A stretch of 64,000 bases of DNA from Phyllobates terribilis (GCF_046119375.1 NW_027362770.1:99572001-99636000); one strand, 5' to 3'. Positions 9,417 through 23,536 are shown, counted from the stretch's first letter. Numbers and translations are program-made. The notes: generated by a model from the letters alone, not told the origin.

Positions 9417-12400
9417 TTACTCTCCCCAGGATGACACAGGGGTAGAAAAGTCGTTTCGGATCCATGATTTGTTCATCTTTATGAACGTGAGTCTGTCTAC
9501 ATTATCAGTGGAGAACCGCGTGCGCTTATCTGTCAGCACACCACCAGCAGCGCTGAACACACGTTCAGACAGAATGTTGGCTGCAGGGCATGACAAGATC
9601 TCCAAGGCGTAAGTGGCTAGCTCCGGCCATTTATCCAGATTGGAAGCCCAAAAAGAGCAAGGGTCCAGTGACACAGTCATGGCTTCAATGTTTACTTGGA
9701 GATACTCCTGTACCATCGTCTCTAGGCGTTGACTATGTGTCAGACTTCTTGTCTCCTGTGGCCTTGCAAAGGATGGGCTAAAAAAGTGGTGAAATGATTC
9801 CGCAAAATTGATGTTACCAGCAGATACTGTGGTTCTGTTACGGTTTGAGTGCTGAACACTCGACGGTCCCACGGTTGGCAAGTTGGAACTGTGAGATTCA
9901 CTACGTGCACCACTGGTGTTTTGTGTAAAAGCACATGTAAGATTCTGCAACAGTCTCTGCTGATACTCCTGCATGCGTGCATCCCTTTCTATGGCAGGAA
10001 TACTTTCTGCAAATTTACTTTTGTACCGGGGATCTAACAGTGTGGCAACCCAGTAGTCAGGATTATTTCTAATTCTCACAATTCGAGGGTCATGTTGCAG
10101 GTAGTGAAGCAAGAAGGCACTCATGTGTCTTGCGCATCCAGGAGCACCAAGTCCCTGTTGTGTTGGTGGCGAGGTAACAATCATGCTTCCTTCCTCTGTC
10201 CTCTCCCCCCAACCTCGCACAACAGAAATGTGATCAAGGTCTCCCTCATCTGATGAGTCTTCCATCAGTTCGTCCTCCACTTCTTCCTGGGCTCCTGCAC
10301 CTTCCTCACTAGTTTGGCTGCTACCATGCGCCCTGGTAAAACCATCTCCCCCACCATCACATGCCTGCCACCTTGGTGCTGCCGACCGTCTGGACCTTGC
10401 AGATGTTAGCCCTTCCGCATACAACTCCTCCTCCTCTACTTCCTCCACCTCCTCTTGTGCCACCACCTGACTCCGAAGTCTGTTTAACATGTGCTCCAGC
10501 ATGTAAATCACCGGAATAGTCATGCTGATAATGGCATCGTCAGCACTAAACATCTTCGTCGCCATTTCAAAACTGTGCAGAAGGGTGCATAGGTCCCTGA
10601 TCTGAGACCACTCCTCCAGCGTGATTTGCCCCACCTCTGGATCTCGTTGGCCCAGGCTATACGTCAGAACGTATTGCACCAGGGCTTGTCGGTGCTGCCA
10701 CAGTCGCTGCAACATGTGCAGAGTTGAATTCCACCGGGTAGGCACATCGCATTTTAGCCGGTGAAGTGGCAGGCCCAACGACTTCTGTAGAGATGTAAGT
10801 CGCTGAGCTGCGGGACGCGAACGGCGGAAGTGAGCACACAGCGACCGTGCCCTCTGCAGAAGGCCATCTAGTCCGGGATAGTGGGCTAAAAATTGCTGGA
10901 CAACCAGGTTCAACACGTGAGCCATACAAGGCACGTGTGTGACATTGCCCCGGCGAAGGGCCGCACCCAGGTTTGCAGCATTGTCGCACACGGCCTTCCC
11001 TGGTTTCAGGTCCAGTGGAGACCACCATTCATGAAATTGGTTCTCCAGAGCTGACCACAACTCCTCAGCTGTGTGACTCACATTTCCCAGACATTTCAAA
11101 GTAAAAACCGCCTGATGATGTTAAGACCTACTGCGAGCATAGTAAGGAGGTGTGCAGGATCCCTTCTGCGCAGTTAGAAAATTTGTGGCATGACCAGACA
11201 GGCTTTGGGTGCAGGTGGAGGACCGAGAGGAGGTTGAGGAGGCAGAAGCAGTGGAGGAACTTTGAGATAAAGAGGATTGACGCACAACTCATGGGGACGG
11301 CAAGACTTGGACAGCAGCCCCTTGTCCTGCTGTCACCATAGTTACCCAGTGCCCAGTCAGCGACATGTAACACCCCTGTCCATGCCTACTCATCCAAGTG
11401 TCTGTGGTGAAATGCACCCTGTCACACACAGAGTTTCTCAAAGAAGCGGTGATGTTGTGTGCGACATGCTGGTGGAGCGCAGGCACACCTTTCTTTGAGA
11501 AGTAGTGCCGACTGGGCATCTGGTACTGGGGCACTGCGACGGACATAAGGTCTCGAAAATCCTCTGTGTCCACCAGGCGGAAAGCCAGCATTTCTGTAGC
11601 CAAGAGCTTGCAGATGGTGAAATTCAACCTCTTAGCTTTCTCATGGCTAGGAGGAAATGGTCTTTTACTTGTCCACATCTGAGGGACCGAGGGCTGGCTA
11701 TTGTGCTTAGACGGGGTTGATAAGGGTGTCCCCGGCAAACTGCCGGTCTGTGAGGAAGATGCAGACGGACATGTTAGGTTGCCTTGATCCAAAGGTGGTG
11801 CTATCGATGTCGGGCAGCGCTCAACACCAGCTGGTGTTTCCACCTCCAAAGAAAATGATGACCTGCCAATCACGCTGGCTGTTGCGGGTAAAGAGGAGGC
11901 AGGTCTGCGTCCCAAAACAGGTGTGACTGCTGTCCCCCAGTCACAGAGGATGAAGAGGCCGCGGATGCACAAGATATGGCAGACGGTGGTTGGCCCGGCC
12001 GGCTAGGCCGCATTGCAGCACAGTGAGCTTCCCACTGCAACTTATGCTTCATGTCCATGTGCCGGTTCATGCATGAAGTACTCAAACTATGTATTTTTTG
12101 GCCTCTACTTAGCTTTTGCTGACAAATGTTACAGATAACACGAGTTGGGTCATCTTTATCGATCTGAAAAAATGCCCAGGCTATGCAAGGCTTAGCACCC
12201 ATGCGACCTGAAGAGCCACCACGACTTGTGGTGAGAGGCAGAGTTGTGTTTGAGGATGCAGTTGTTGACGTGCTTCCAGTACTACGTCTCTGTCCCGGAA
12301 GGTGCAACCTGACCTCGTCATCACTAGCATTCTCCTCCACCTCCTCTGCTGACCTCATCTCTTGGCTGACTGTGGGTTGACAGTCAGTGGGATCTCCAAC

Positions 12401-13119
12401 CTCATCATCATCACCCTGTGCGTTATCACACCCGTCGTCCTCAGAGCCAACCTCTTCCTGCCCTGACAAAAAACTAAAGTTGTCGCTCCAATCAGGTATT
12501 TGAGTCTCATCATCGTCTTCCTCAATGTCTCCACCAACAGGAGTTACAGTTTGGGAATGAGGGTCTACATTATGGTCAGAACCTTCAGCGTCTGGTTCTG
12601 GATCCGACTCATAAAGATTCTGGGCATCAGTGCAGATCATTTCCTCATCTGGATTCACAGAAGTGCTGGAGCCGATCTCTGATTCCCAGGCTATAGCATG
12701 AGTAAACAGCTCTGCAGACTCAACCATCTGTTCTACCTCATACTCAGACGGGCAGCTGGAGATTTGGGAGCTGTGAGGAAGCAAGTGCGATTGGGGTGAC
12801 ACCTTTGAGGACTGGAGTATTTGTGATGTTGAAGTTGATGTGGAGGAGAGAGCCCACTTAAAGGAGCACTTGATATTCGTTGAAGCACCTGCTGTTTTTG
12901 TGCCTCATCTGGAATTTGTAGCAATTGGCGTGGCCATAAGAAAGGGATCTTATCACATTGTCCGCTAAAAGAAGTAGACATTTTAGTTTGGCTGGAAGAT
13001 GGTCTTTCTTCTGCAGATGTTACTGTTGCTTTAACACCTACCCCACGGACACAACCTTTGTTCCCCTTCCCAACGCGCCTATTCCCCTTTCCACCAGCAG
13101 CAGGCCTTTTTCCACTCAT
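9417..13119 (-). pseudogene. hAT (ZBED-like) transposase, disrupted
   Basis: BED finger (AWAFF...CNICQQ...RHMDMKH), FTTDTW, VCDNAAN, CMAH, DVPTRWNST, and the C-terminal WPELA...SERVFS dimerisation domain. Two frameshifts (near 12770 and 11900) and in-frame stops at 11289 and 11121. Confidence 0.92.
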
Positions 13120-13230
13120 TTTGGTGGTTAACTAATTCACAACTCTGGAGTTGTTTGCACAAAAAAACAATGGATGGGAGCCGAGCAAAGCTGAGTGGCC
13201 AAACTGTGGTATTAGGCCAAAACTATTGGC

Positions 13231-14180
13231 TGGGTTAGATGCAGAAAAAAATTATATTCAATTTGCAACCTGATGGAGGTCAGTATAGATGGACTAATAG
13301 ACCAAGTCCCACACACTTCTAGAAGCCCAAATATTTTTTCAGAGCTAGATGCAGAAAAAAATTATATTCAATTTGCAACCTGATGGAGGTCAGTATAGAT
13401 GGACTAATAGACCAAGTCCCACACACTGCTAGAAGCCCAAATATTTTTTCAGAGCTAGATGCAGAAAAAAATTATTTTTAATTTGCAACCTGATGGAGGT
13501 CAGTATAGATGGATGAATAGAACAAGTCCCACACACTGCTAGAAGCCCAAATATTTTTTCAGAGCTAGATGAAGAAAAAAATTATTTTTAATTTGCAACC
13601 TGATGGAGGTCAGTATAGATGGACTAATAGACCAAGTCCCACACACTGCTAGAAGCCCAAATACTTTTTCAGAGCTTGATGCAGAAAAAAATTATATTCA
13701 ATTTGCAACCTGATGGAGGTCAGCATAGATGGACTAACAGAACAAGTCCCACACAATGCTAGAAGCCCAAAGTTTTTTTCAGAGCTAGATGCAGAAAAAA
13801 ATTATTTTTAATTTGCAACCTGATGGAGGTCAGTATAGATGGACTAATAGACCAAGTCCCACACACTGCTAGAAGCCCAAATATTTTTTCAGAGCTAGAT
13901 GCAGAAAAAAAATATTTTTAATTTGCAACCTGATGGAGGTCAGTATAGATGGACTAATAGACCAAGTCCCACACACTGCTAGAAGCCCAAATATTTTTTC
14001 AGAGCTAGATGCAGAAAAAAATTATATTCAATTTGCAACCTGATGGAGGTCAGTATAGATGGACTAATAGAACAAGTCCCACACACTGCTAGAAGCCCAA
14101 ATATTTTTTCAGAGCTAGATGCAGAAAAAAATATTTTCAATTTGCAACCTGATGGAGGTCAGTATAGATGGACTAATAGA
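13231..14180. repeat. 110-bp tandem array B (about 9 copies)
   Basis: GCAGAAAAAA recurs every 110 bp from 13241 to 14121; units nearly identical. Confidence 0.95.
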
Positions 14181-17100
14181 ATGATGCTATGCCCAAAAGG
14201 TTTTACTTCACTAGGTGCAGTAAAAAAATTGGTATTCTATACACAGGTGGTGTAGCTTGCAACACAGATAGGCTACTCCACTGACTAACACACTCTGCAA
14301 TAGGCCAAAAAGGATTAGCTTTGCTAGATTCAGCCAAATGCTGTGAAACAAACTTGCACAGCACTGGCACAGACCTGCCTGGCAAAAACTGATAGGAACT
14401 GATGTAACTTAGTCCTGAAAAGGACTGCAATTACAATTAGTCTTTACTCCCAACCTATCTATTTAAGAGCACAGACCTGCATGATAAAAGTCGTAGGAAA
14501 TGCTCTAACTTAGTCCTTAAAAGGACTGCAATCACAACTATTCCCTACTCCCAAGCTATCTGTAGATTTGTGCGAAAATTGGCTTGAAATTAACAAGGTA
14601 TAGCGCACACAGCAACAGCGGTGCCGTCTAACACGCAGCTGCAGCAGTGAGAAAATGGTGGCGACGGGGAAAATGGCTCGGTCTTATAGGGCAAGGACAT
14701 GTGACATACACTGCCAATGACACATGCCCTTGCTTGTGTGAAAAAAAGCACTTCGCTCCGTGTGTACGCTGCTGATAGGCTGACAGATTGCACCTCCCCA
14801 CTGTAAATGCGGGAAAGAGAAAAAAAAATGGAGATCTTCATTATTCCTGCAGAGATCCATCCCCTGCCCCTCCCCCCGCCCCACAGTACACTCAAACTGC
14901 GTATTAACATTAATTTTCATCATTACTGAGAAAAAATCCAGTTATGATTTTGGTGCACGAACAGTTATCGAACATAACCTCGAACAGCCGAATTTTTTTA
15001 AATTCGTTCGTGTTCGCCGACCGGCTCGAACACCGCCCAAAACAGCTCGAATTTGAGATTGGCGAACAGGTCGAGTCGAACAATGCTCATCTCTATTAAT
15101 AACTTAAAATCAGAAGCATATTTTAATATACCCTACTGGCAGACTCCTTGTTCAGGATCCTTATCTTTTGTCCAGAAGAGAAGGCCGAAATAAATCATAA
15201 CTCTCTCTCTGGAGGACTTGTATTGCCCAGCATTAATCAGACAATGTATTGAGTTTTATATACTTTGTGTAATGCTTACTTTTCCCTGTTGAAGAGCTGC
15301 AGGAAAATATAGCATTCTTTGCTGAAATGTCCCAATATAGAGATCTTTCATGATCTTTTTATTGCATAGGGACTATTTTGACAAGGAATTGTTAAAAGTG
15401 GACAATTCCATGAAAAGTGGATGTCTACATCGTCCTCAGTCCAGAATGCAGTGTTAACCACTGAGCCACCATAATGTTTATGGGCCAAACTGTTACTCCA
15501 AGATCCCGTGTTGCATGTTTTCTGTGAATCTCACACAGCAGAAATACCATATTAATATTTACAACAGTACTTACCACTGTGGCTATCTTTCCATGAAAAA
15601 TAGTGCTTTGTGATAGGGTCCATTGAAATGGGTGAAGTGGACAATATCAATGACATCTCAAGGGAAAGTTGACCTGCTGTGGATTTGATATCTAAAACAT
15701 TGGTCAGTCAGCGCTGCATATATTTTGTGTGCAGAAAATCTCATGCACAATATGGGTAGAGTGAAACACAAAACCCTTATATTGACTTTTTGCAACACGA
15801 CTACAAGAACTTCTTCGTAAAAAATAAAAAATAAATTCATTTAATAAAAGCTCACATTGCACTAGATTAAAATTTATTGGTTGTTTCCCTTACACAAATG
15901 ATTCATTGGTTGCTATTAAACTTTTGTGTGTATCATGTGTGGGTGGTATTGTAAGTCTTTATCTGAGGAATTGGCAAGCTGAATTCTGTAATTATAGAGA
16001 GGCTAAAGAATAATATTTTTGTTCTTTATCTTCCGTATAATATACTATGAGAAAAATTATAATTTTAAACCTTGATACACTTTAGAATTGTGATACATCC
16101 TAGGTAGAAAAAAGATATTTAAAAAAAAAAGTTCTAAATTTCAGCTTTCATCCTTAACTTTAGTAATCTTCTATAATCTGAGCCTCACTTACTAAAACTG
16201 TCTAATAAAAAACTATTCTTGTTATTTAATGCAAAAAATGAAGGTTCAGCTTTTATTATTCCACTTTCAGACATGGTGTCTGAACTCTGATTGGCTATTA
16301 TGGGCAACAAAGCCGGTTTTCATTTATATAAAGCCCCGCGTGACTGCAGGTAAAGTGTGATCTGTATTCAAAGGATGTTTTCCAAGTCTGTAATGTCCTT
16401 ATCTGAGAGCTAATGGATGTATTTGGAGTTGGAGAAGGTGTAAAGTAAAACAGCTAAATTGGAGAATTTTAGTTATGAGCAAAAAAAATAAAACAAATTT
16501 ACTTAGTCTTGAGACCAAATGTTTTAAGGAAGGACATAATTAATTTAGATCCTGCAAAACTATCTTGAAAAATATTCTATGTTAAATTTCCTTAAAAGAA
16601 AATGAGGCTATGTATCTTTCTGGAGAAATAATATATGTTTGTATAAATGTACAGAATCCTTACAGATACATATTCTGTGAAACATCCAATGGATGCCTGA
16701 ATCTTTCATTGCATATAGGCTACTATGTTCAAACATATTGGTGTAATAGAAACAGCTGCAGGCTTATGCTTTGTTGACCAAGCAGCAGATGGCACTGTGT
16801 TAATATTTAGCTTTTTAAAATTAAAGTGTGAACCATGTTCGTTTATTTTTCTCAGTATTTTCCTGTATCCTCTATGTTAGGATGATGTAGATAATGCTTG
16901 CTGAATGTTCTAAGTAAAACCATTCATTCTCCTATAATATTTAAGTGATGATCGACTCTGCTGATATCTGAAATATGCAAGAAATAAAAAATATACATTA
17001 AAACTTCCTTCTTACTGGATTGCTGTGAATCATTCCTCTGCCTCCTCTATTATTTCCTAGTTGAACTTGATGAAAGTATGAACATACGTCATTTATCAAC

Positions 17101-17381
17101 TGTATATTGTGTCTATGCAACAATGTTCATCTTCTTTTTCCACCTGTAAGGTTATACATTTTATATACTATTAAAGAAATAACTTTTCTTAGGTGTTTCG
17201 AAAGGCTGTGGATTCCTGTTTTTTTAAACTTAACATAGTGGCAGAAAAATGATAAAATACAGATAATTCACAAAACACTTACTTTATGCTTTTAGAATAT
17301 AAAGAGCATTTAAACTGAATATGTTTAAAAATTCAAATTTCCATTTCAAAGTAATTGAAAGACATTGCAATTCTGTATTTT

Positions 17382-17406
17382 CACCTCTGAGCGCCGCTGT
17401 TTAACC
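17382..17406 (+). promoter_or_regulatory. CSE for V2
   Basis: Identical 25-bp CSE. Confidence 0.9.
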
Positions 17407-17623
17407 ATAAAGGAGAAAAATGCAAAACTAGAAATCCACTGGTATTTTCCTTTGTCACATTCATTGCTGATCTGCAGAAAGAATCACAGACATTTTCTGC
17501 ATTCTCCTACACAGAGATAAAATTTAAAAAGATAATTAAAAATATGATGAAGATTTTTCGATTTAACATTTGCATTTGATGATAAAGCTTTGCTGGATAT
17601 TTTGGGGAAAATCATCACTGAGG

Positions 17624-20044
17624 ATGGACAAGATGGAGCCTCCTATACAGGGCTGTGCAGGAATCAGATGGCAAGTAATATATGTCTTATTTTCTTATTT
17701 TTGTTACTCAATCTCTGGTCAGATTCATTATTCCATTGTAGAAGAAATGAGGAAAGACTCTGTTATAGCAAATATTGCAGATGACCTTGGATTAGATATT
17801 AAGCAGCTCTCATCCAGAAAACTGAGGATTGTGTCCAGATCAGCAGAGAGATATTTCTATGTAAATTTAGATAATGGAAACCTGTATATAAAGGACAGGA
17901 TAGACAGGGAGACATTGTGTGGTTCGGAGGCTTCATGTTTCTTAACCTTTGATGCTGTGGTTGAAAATCCATTCAAGAATTTTAACATTAAACTTGACAT
18001 TCAGGATATAAATGATAATGCTCCCCAGTTCTATCAAAATAAAATTACCTTAGAAATTGTTGAATTGACATCACCAGGAGCAAGATTTGCTTTACAAAGT
18101 GCAGAAGATCCAGATATTGGTAGTAATTCAGTGCAGACATACAAGCTCAGTGATAATCAGTATTTTACACTCACTGAGAATATCAGAACAGATGGAAGTA
18201 AATATCCAGAGCTTGTCCTAGAGAAACCATTAGATCGAGAAACACAAGATACTCATGAATTAATACTAACAGCCTTAGATGGAGGAAATCCTATCAGGTC
18301 TGGTACAAAATCACTAAAGATCATTGTTATAGATGGTAATGATAATGCTCCCCTATTTGCTCAAGACATGTATACAGTCAACTTAAAGGAAAACATCCCA
18401 GTTAATTCTACAGTGATCACATTAAATGCTTCTGACAATGATGAAGGGATCAATGCACAGATCACATATTCTTTTATGAAAACATCTGGAAACATCCATC
18501 ACACAGGAATATTCAGCATTAATCCAAATACTTTTGAAATCAAGATCAATGGAAACTTGGATTTTGAAGTAACAAAGAATTATGAACTTTCTGTACAAGC
18601 CAAGGATGGAGGAGGCCTTGTAGCTCATTGCAAGGTTCTGGTGCAAGTCATAGATGTAAATGACAATGCTCCTGAGATATCCATCACCTCATTATCTTCT
18701 TCTATTCCTGAGGACTCTGCCCCTGGAACAATGATCGCTCTGATTGAGATTCATGACCAAGATTCTGGCGATAATGCAGATGTTGACTGCCAAATTCTTG
18801 AAGATGTTCCCTTTAAATTATTATCATCAAACACTTACTATAGACTTGTTTTAAGTGCTGCCATAGACAGAGAGAAAACATCTTCTTATAATATCTCTGT
18901 TATAGCCACAGATAGAGGATCTCCACCTCTTTCCAGTACACGAGTTCTCACATTGGATATATCAGATTTCAATGACAACCCACCAATATTTGCTAAATCT
19001 ACTTATGTGTCTTATGTGCCAGAGAACAATTTACCAGGAGCTTCAATATTCAGTATACAAGCCTCAGATCCAGACACTGGAGACAATGCAAAAATAATTT
19101 ACTCAATTTCCAACACCATTACAGAAACTCCATCAATGACATCTTATCTCTCCATCAATATAGAGACTGGAGTTCTCTATGCTCAAAGATCATTTGATTA
19201 TGAGCAGAACAAGGAGCTTATAATAGAAGTCACTGCCTCAGACAATGGATCCCCCTCTCTGCGCAGCAATGTTACATTATTTATCCATATAGTAGACCAG
19301 AATGATAATGCACCAAAGATCTTATACCCATCACCAGATACCGGTGGGTCAGCTGTATTTGAGATGGTTCCTTTTGTTTCTGAGCCTGGTTCTTTAATAA
19401 CTAAAGTGGTGGCAGTGGATGCAGACTCCGGACACAATTCCTGGCTCTCTTATCATTTTATACAATTGTCAGACTTAAATCATTTTGTGATAAGTGAGCA
19501 CACAGGAGAGATCAGAACATCACGTATTTTTCAAGAAAAGGACATGTTAAATTACAGGATTTTGGTAATGGTGAAGGACAATGGACATCCCACTCTCTCT
19601 GCTACAACCACCTTAAGTCTTATTATTGCAGATGACTTTCAGCAGGTTGTTCCTAAGCTCAGCAACAAACTGAAAGATGACGAAACTCAAAGCAACTTAC
19701 AATTCTACTTAGTGGTTGGACTTGCACTTATTTCTTTGCTCTTTATAATAACTGTGATGGTGGCGATTATATCCAAATGTAAGCAGCCAAAACCATTACC
19801 AGCCTTCTCTTCTCTTACTACAAATCTGTATCCTCCAATTGATCCCAGGACCTTCTCCATGTATAGTGATGGATCGTTACCATTACCATACTCATATAAT
19901 ATGTGTGTGGCACTAGATCCTGCTGAAGGAGACTTTACTTACATGAATCCAAGTGGAAACGTTCCTGTGGAAAACCTGATTGATGCTGATAATACAGAAC
20001 AAGGAACTGAATGTCTCACTGAAGCTTCTCTGAGCACAGAACAG
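17624..20044 (+). CDS. PCDHG: Protocadherin gamma variable exon V2
   Basis: Intact ORF starting MDKMEPP; an in-frame upstream ATG at 17579 is an alternative start; donor CAG|GTAAGA at 20044/20045. Confidence 0.95.
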
Positions 20045-20599
20045 GTAAGATGTTGTAACTTTTTGCCTGTTGTAAGGATGTCTGTATTGTGTAATTTTTC
20101 TTTTTTAGTATTATATATCCTTGATGGACATCTTTCCTTATAGCTGACTTTGAAGCTAAGCACTTGCTACCAGAGTTATCTTTCTATTCGTAGAATCTAA
20201 AATAGGCAGCCTCAACTTATTGATTATTCTTCCTGTGTGTTTAATTATTGCACCCTTTTTATGAAGCATTTAGTGGGGCTGTCCACTCTAGAAAACATAT
20301 CTTTATACAACCTATTTGGAGTTTTCCTGATTAAGATTCTTCTCTTTTGGTGAAAAAGGGAAAGCTTTTATAAATGACAATTATCTCTCTGGAGGACGTG
20401 TACTGATTTGAATATACTTTTTGTTAGCTTAAGTGTTACTGATGTGATGCTGCAAGAAATTTTAGTATTCATAACCAGCATTCCCTGCACATTATTTACA
20501 ATCACTAGGGGTTCAAACAAAATGATAAATGGTGTCCTTTTCACTGTGTAGTGACCCTTCTAAAAAGTGGTTGAAAAATGCATATTTGCTTCTCCACTG

Positions 20600-20950
20600 C
20601 GGCAATATCAGCACAGTGCAGGTATTTCACATTACAAACCCTTCTATCAGCTCTCCTCCATTTACAGAACTATCAGTTCTGATGTACTGCCTCCCTACCA
20701 CCACTGCCTTTCTGGAGATATGTCAGTACCACACTTATGTATATTATGCTCAGGCAACTTATAATGGCTCTGCAGTGAGATAAGGGCTCTCATTATGTCT
20801 TACACAGGAGTAACCTATTCTGGAATACTCCTGTATGAGATGTAATATCATGTCTTGGCAGACAGTATGGGGGTAGGGGCAGTATAGCAGTGGTGACCCT
20901 GTTATCAAAGGAGGAGAGCTGATACAAATGTTTGTAATGTGGCACAGCTA
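20600..20950. repeat. Foldback / MITE-like inverted repeat
   Basis: CACATTACAAAC..TATCAGCTCTCCTCC (about 20628-20660) is inverted at about 20910-20945; boundaries uncertain. Confidence 0.5.
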
Positions 20951-21684
20951 AATTTAGCTATGCTGACTCTCTTCCCCACAATGACTCATACAGGAGGTTA
21001 GACCAGGAGAGCCGAGCTGTATTTTTATATATCACTCACTGAGAAACTTACTCTGAGCGATGGTAGAGGTGTGTTATTCTTTCTATTGATTGTTGCTGTC
21101 TCATTATGATTTGTCAGCATCAAATAGGGGGAAGTAAAAACCCCCCAGTGAAAACTGTTTGACCCATATGGAAATTAACTTATTAGGGGCCAAGTACTTT
21201 GATTGCTAATATCTCCGCAACATGAAAGCGACATTTAAAAAAAAATTTTAGTTCTAAAATGCATCCACTATTACATTGTATGTCCAATTAAACATTAAAA
21301 ATTTGGTGAACAACTTTCAGGCCAAGTTCCAATGTTGCATATCAATTTCAAAACTTATTCAAAATTCTACATCAATCTACAAAGCGATATTTATCAGTGT
21401 AATGTTTTGCAAAAATTGAAATAAGCGATGACATCTTCAGGATAAAAGAATGCTCTGCAGTTTTCAAATCCAAAGCATTGGGCAATTTACACTATGTTCT
21501 TTTCAGAGCAAGTGCACAAGTTTTCCTAAAGTTTCATTCATATTCTGATTATTTAAATGACATTTTCCTTTTTCTGACTTTTCTACTCTATTACAATGAC
21601 ATGATTTTCTCATAGTTTGTAAATAGGAAAAAGCTTGAAAATTAAAACACATTTCACATGGTTGTTTCCTTTGGACAATTGATT

Positions 21685-23536
21685 GTCTAGTGACCCTATT
21701 CCCTCACATCTCCTTCAGTCCCTTTCTCCAGCTGTCACCACTCACCTAACTAAAATTTTCAACCTCTCCCTCTCATCTGGTATCTTTCCCTCTTCTTTTA
21801 AACATGCCAGCATACATCCATTACTTAAAAAATCATCCCTTGACCAGAACTGCACGGCCAACTACAGACCTGTTTCCAATCTTACATTTATCTCTAAACT
21901 CCTGGAATGCCTGGTTCATTCCCATCTAATCTGCTATCTCTCAGACAATTCTCTTCTTGACCCTCTACAATCTGGTTTCAGCTCTTTACATTCTACTGAA
22001 ACTGCCCTCACTAAAGTCTCTAAAGCTCTACTAACAGCTAAATCTAATGGTCACTACTCCCTGCTGATTCTCCTGGATCTCTCTGCAGCATTCGACACTG
22101 TGGATCACCAGCTCCTCCTCACTATGCTCTGCACTATTGGCCTCAAGGACACTGTTCTCACCTGGTTCTCCTCCTATCTCTCTGACCGCTCCTTCTCTGT
22201 GTCTTTTGCCGGCTCCTCCTCCTCTCTCCTTCCCCTTACTGTCGGGGTTCCTTAAGGATCAGTCCCAGGCCCCCTTATTTTCCCCTTATACACCGCTCCT
22301 ATTGGACAATCAGCAGATTCAGTTTTCAGTATGATCTCTATGCTGATGACACCCAATTATATATCTCTGCTCCGGACATCACCCCTGCATTACTACAAAA
22401 GACCAGTGATTGTCTTTCTGCTGTGTCTAACATTATGTCCTCCCTCTGCCTAAAACTGAATCTGTCAAAAACTGAACTACTCGTATTTTCTCCCTCCACT
22501 AACCTACCTGTGCCCGATATTGCCATTTCCATTTGTGGCTCAACCATTGCTCCCCAGCAACAAGCCCGCTGTCTTGGGGTCATTCTTGATTCAGATCTTT
22601 CCTTCACTCCTCACATCAAATCACTCGCTCGTTCATGTCATCTACACCTCAAAAACATCTCAAGAATCAGGACATTTCTCACCTTTGACTCAGCAAAAGC
22701 TCTTACTATAGCTCTTATTCATTCTTGTCTCGACTATTGCAACTCTGTACTAATTGGTCTCCCCTCCTACTAAACTCTCCCCTCTCCAATCCATCCTTAA
22801 CACAGCATCAAGGATCATATACCTCGCCAACCGCTACACCGATGCCTCTTCCCTGTGCCAATCATCGCATTGGTTACCCATTTAAAAAAGAGTTCAATTT
22901 AAACTTATCACGCTTACCCACAAAGCGCTCCATGCTTCAGTACCCCCCTACGTCTCCTCACTTGTCTCAGTCTACCACCCTACACGTGCCCTCTGTTCTG
23001 CCAATGACTTAAAACTAAAATCCTCCATAATCCAAACTTCCCATTCCCGTCTCCAAGATTTCTCGCGTGTTGCGCCAATACTTTGGAATGCACTACCCAG
23101 GACAGTTCGATTAATTCCCAATACCCACAGTTTCAAGCTGACCCTAAAAACCCATTTCTTTAGACTGGCGTATCGCCTAAACACACTATCTGTCCGTCCC
23201 AGTTTTCCCCCATATTAAAATCTTTTTCAATTTCAGGTTCATACCATCCATGTACTTATCAGCCTCGGTCAGGACTGTACACATACTGGCTGGCGACCAG
23301 TCCATGTATTATTATTTATCCTATTTAGTATATCAAGGCTGCATTATACAATATATGTAGACTTTACCTTTTGTGTCTCCCCCATTTCCTCATAGACTGT
23401 AAGCTTGCGAGCAGGGCCCTCACTCCTTTTCATTTGAGAAATGCTTATTCTGTATTGTTTGCATAAGTCCCCCCCCCTAAAATTGTAAAGTGCTGCGGAA
23501 TATGTTGGCGCTATAAAAATAAAAATTATTATTATT
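21685..23536 (+). mobile_element. 5'-truncated L2-clade LINE
   Basis: RT motifs [20 protein letters not shown] and YADDTQLY; 3' tail GCTGCGGAATATGTTGGCGCTATAAAAATAAA plus (ATT)n; candidate TSD AATTGATT (21677-21684, 23537-23544), single-copy in the paralog near 40207. Confidence 0.92.

Larger units (their letters stand above)
4738..15095 (-). mobile_element. Composite hAT DNA transposon (10,358 bp)
   Basis: Perfect 8-bp TSD TTAATAAC (4730-4737, 15096-15103). Imperfect TIRs TAGTGTTGAGC and GCTCATCTCTA. GTTCG/CGAAC subterminal repeats at both ends. Internal hAT transposase. The joined flanks follow the post-exon sequence of the paralogs. Confidence 0.93.

Noticed and set aside
13231-14180. Regular repeats that could be read as a CRISPR array
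   Set aside because: The whole 110-bp unit repeats with no unique spacers; eukaryotic context inside a hAT element.
17570-17623. Longer N-termini given by the ORF track (17570, 25315, 42461, 50487)
   Set aside because: These begin at TTG codons; the shared MD(K/R/N) ATG is homologous in all six exons.
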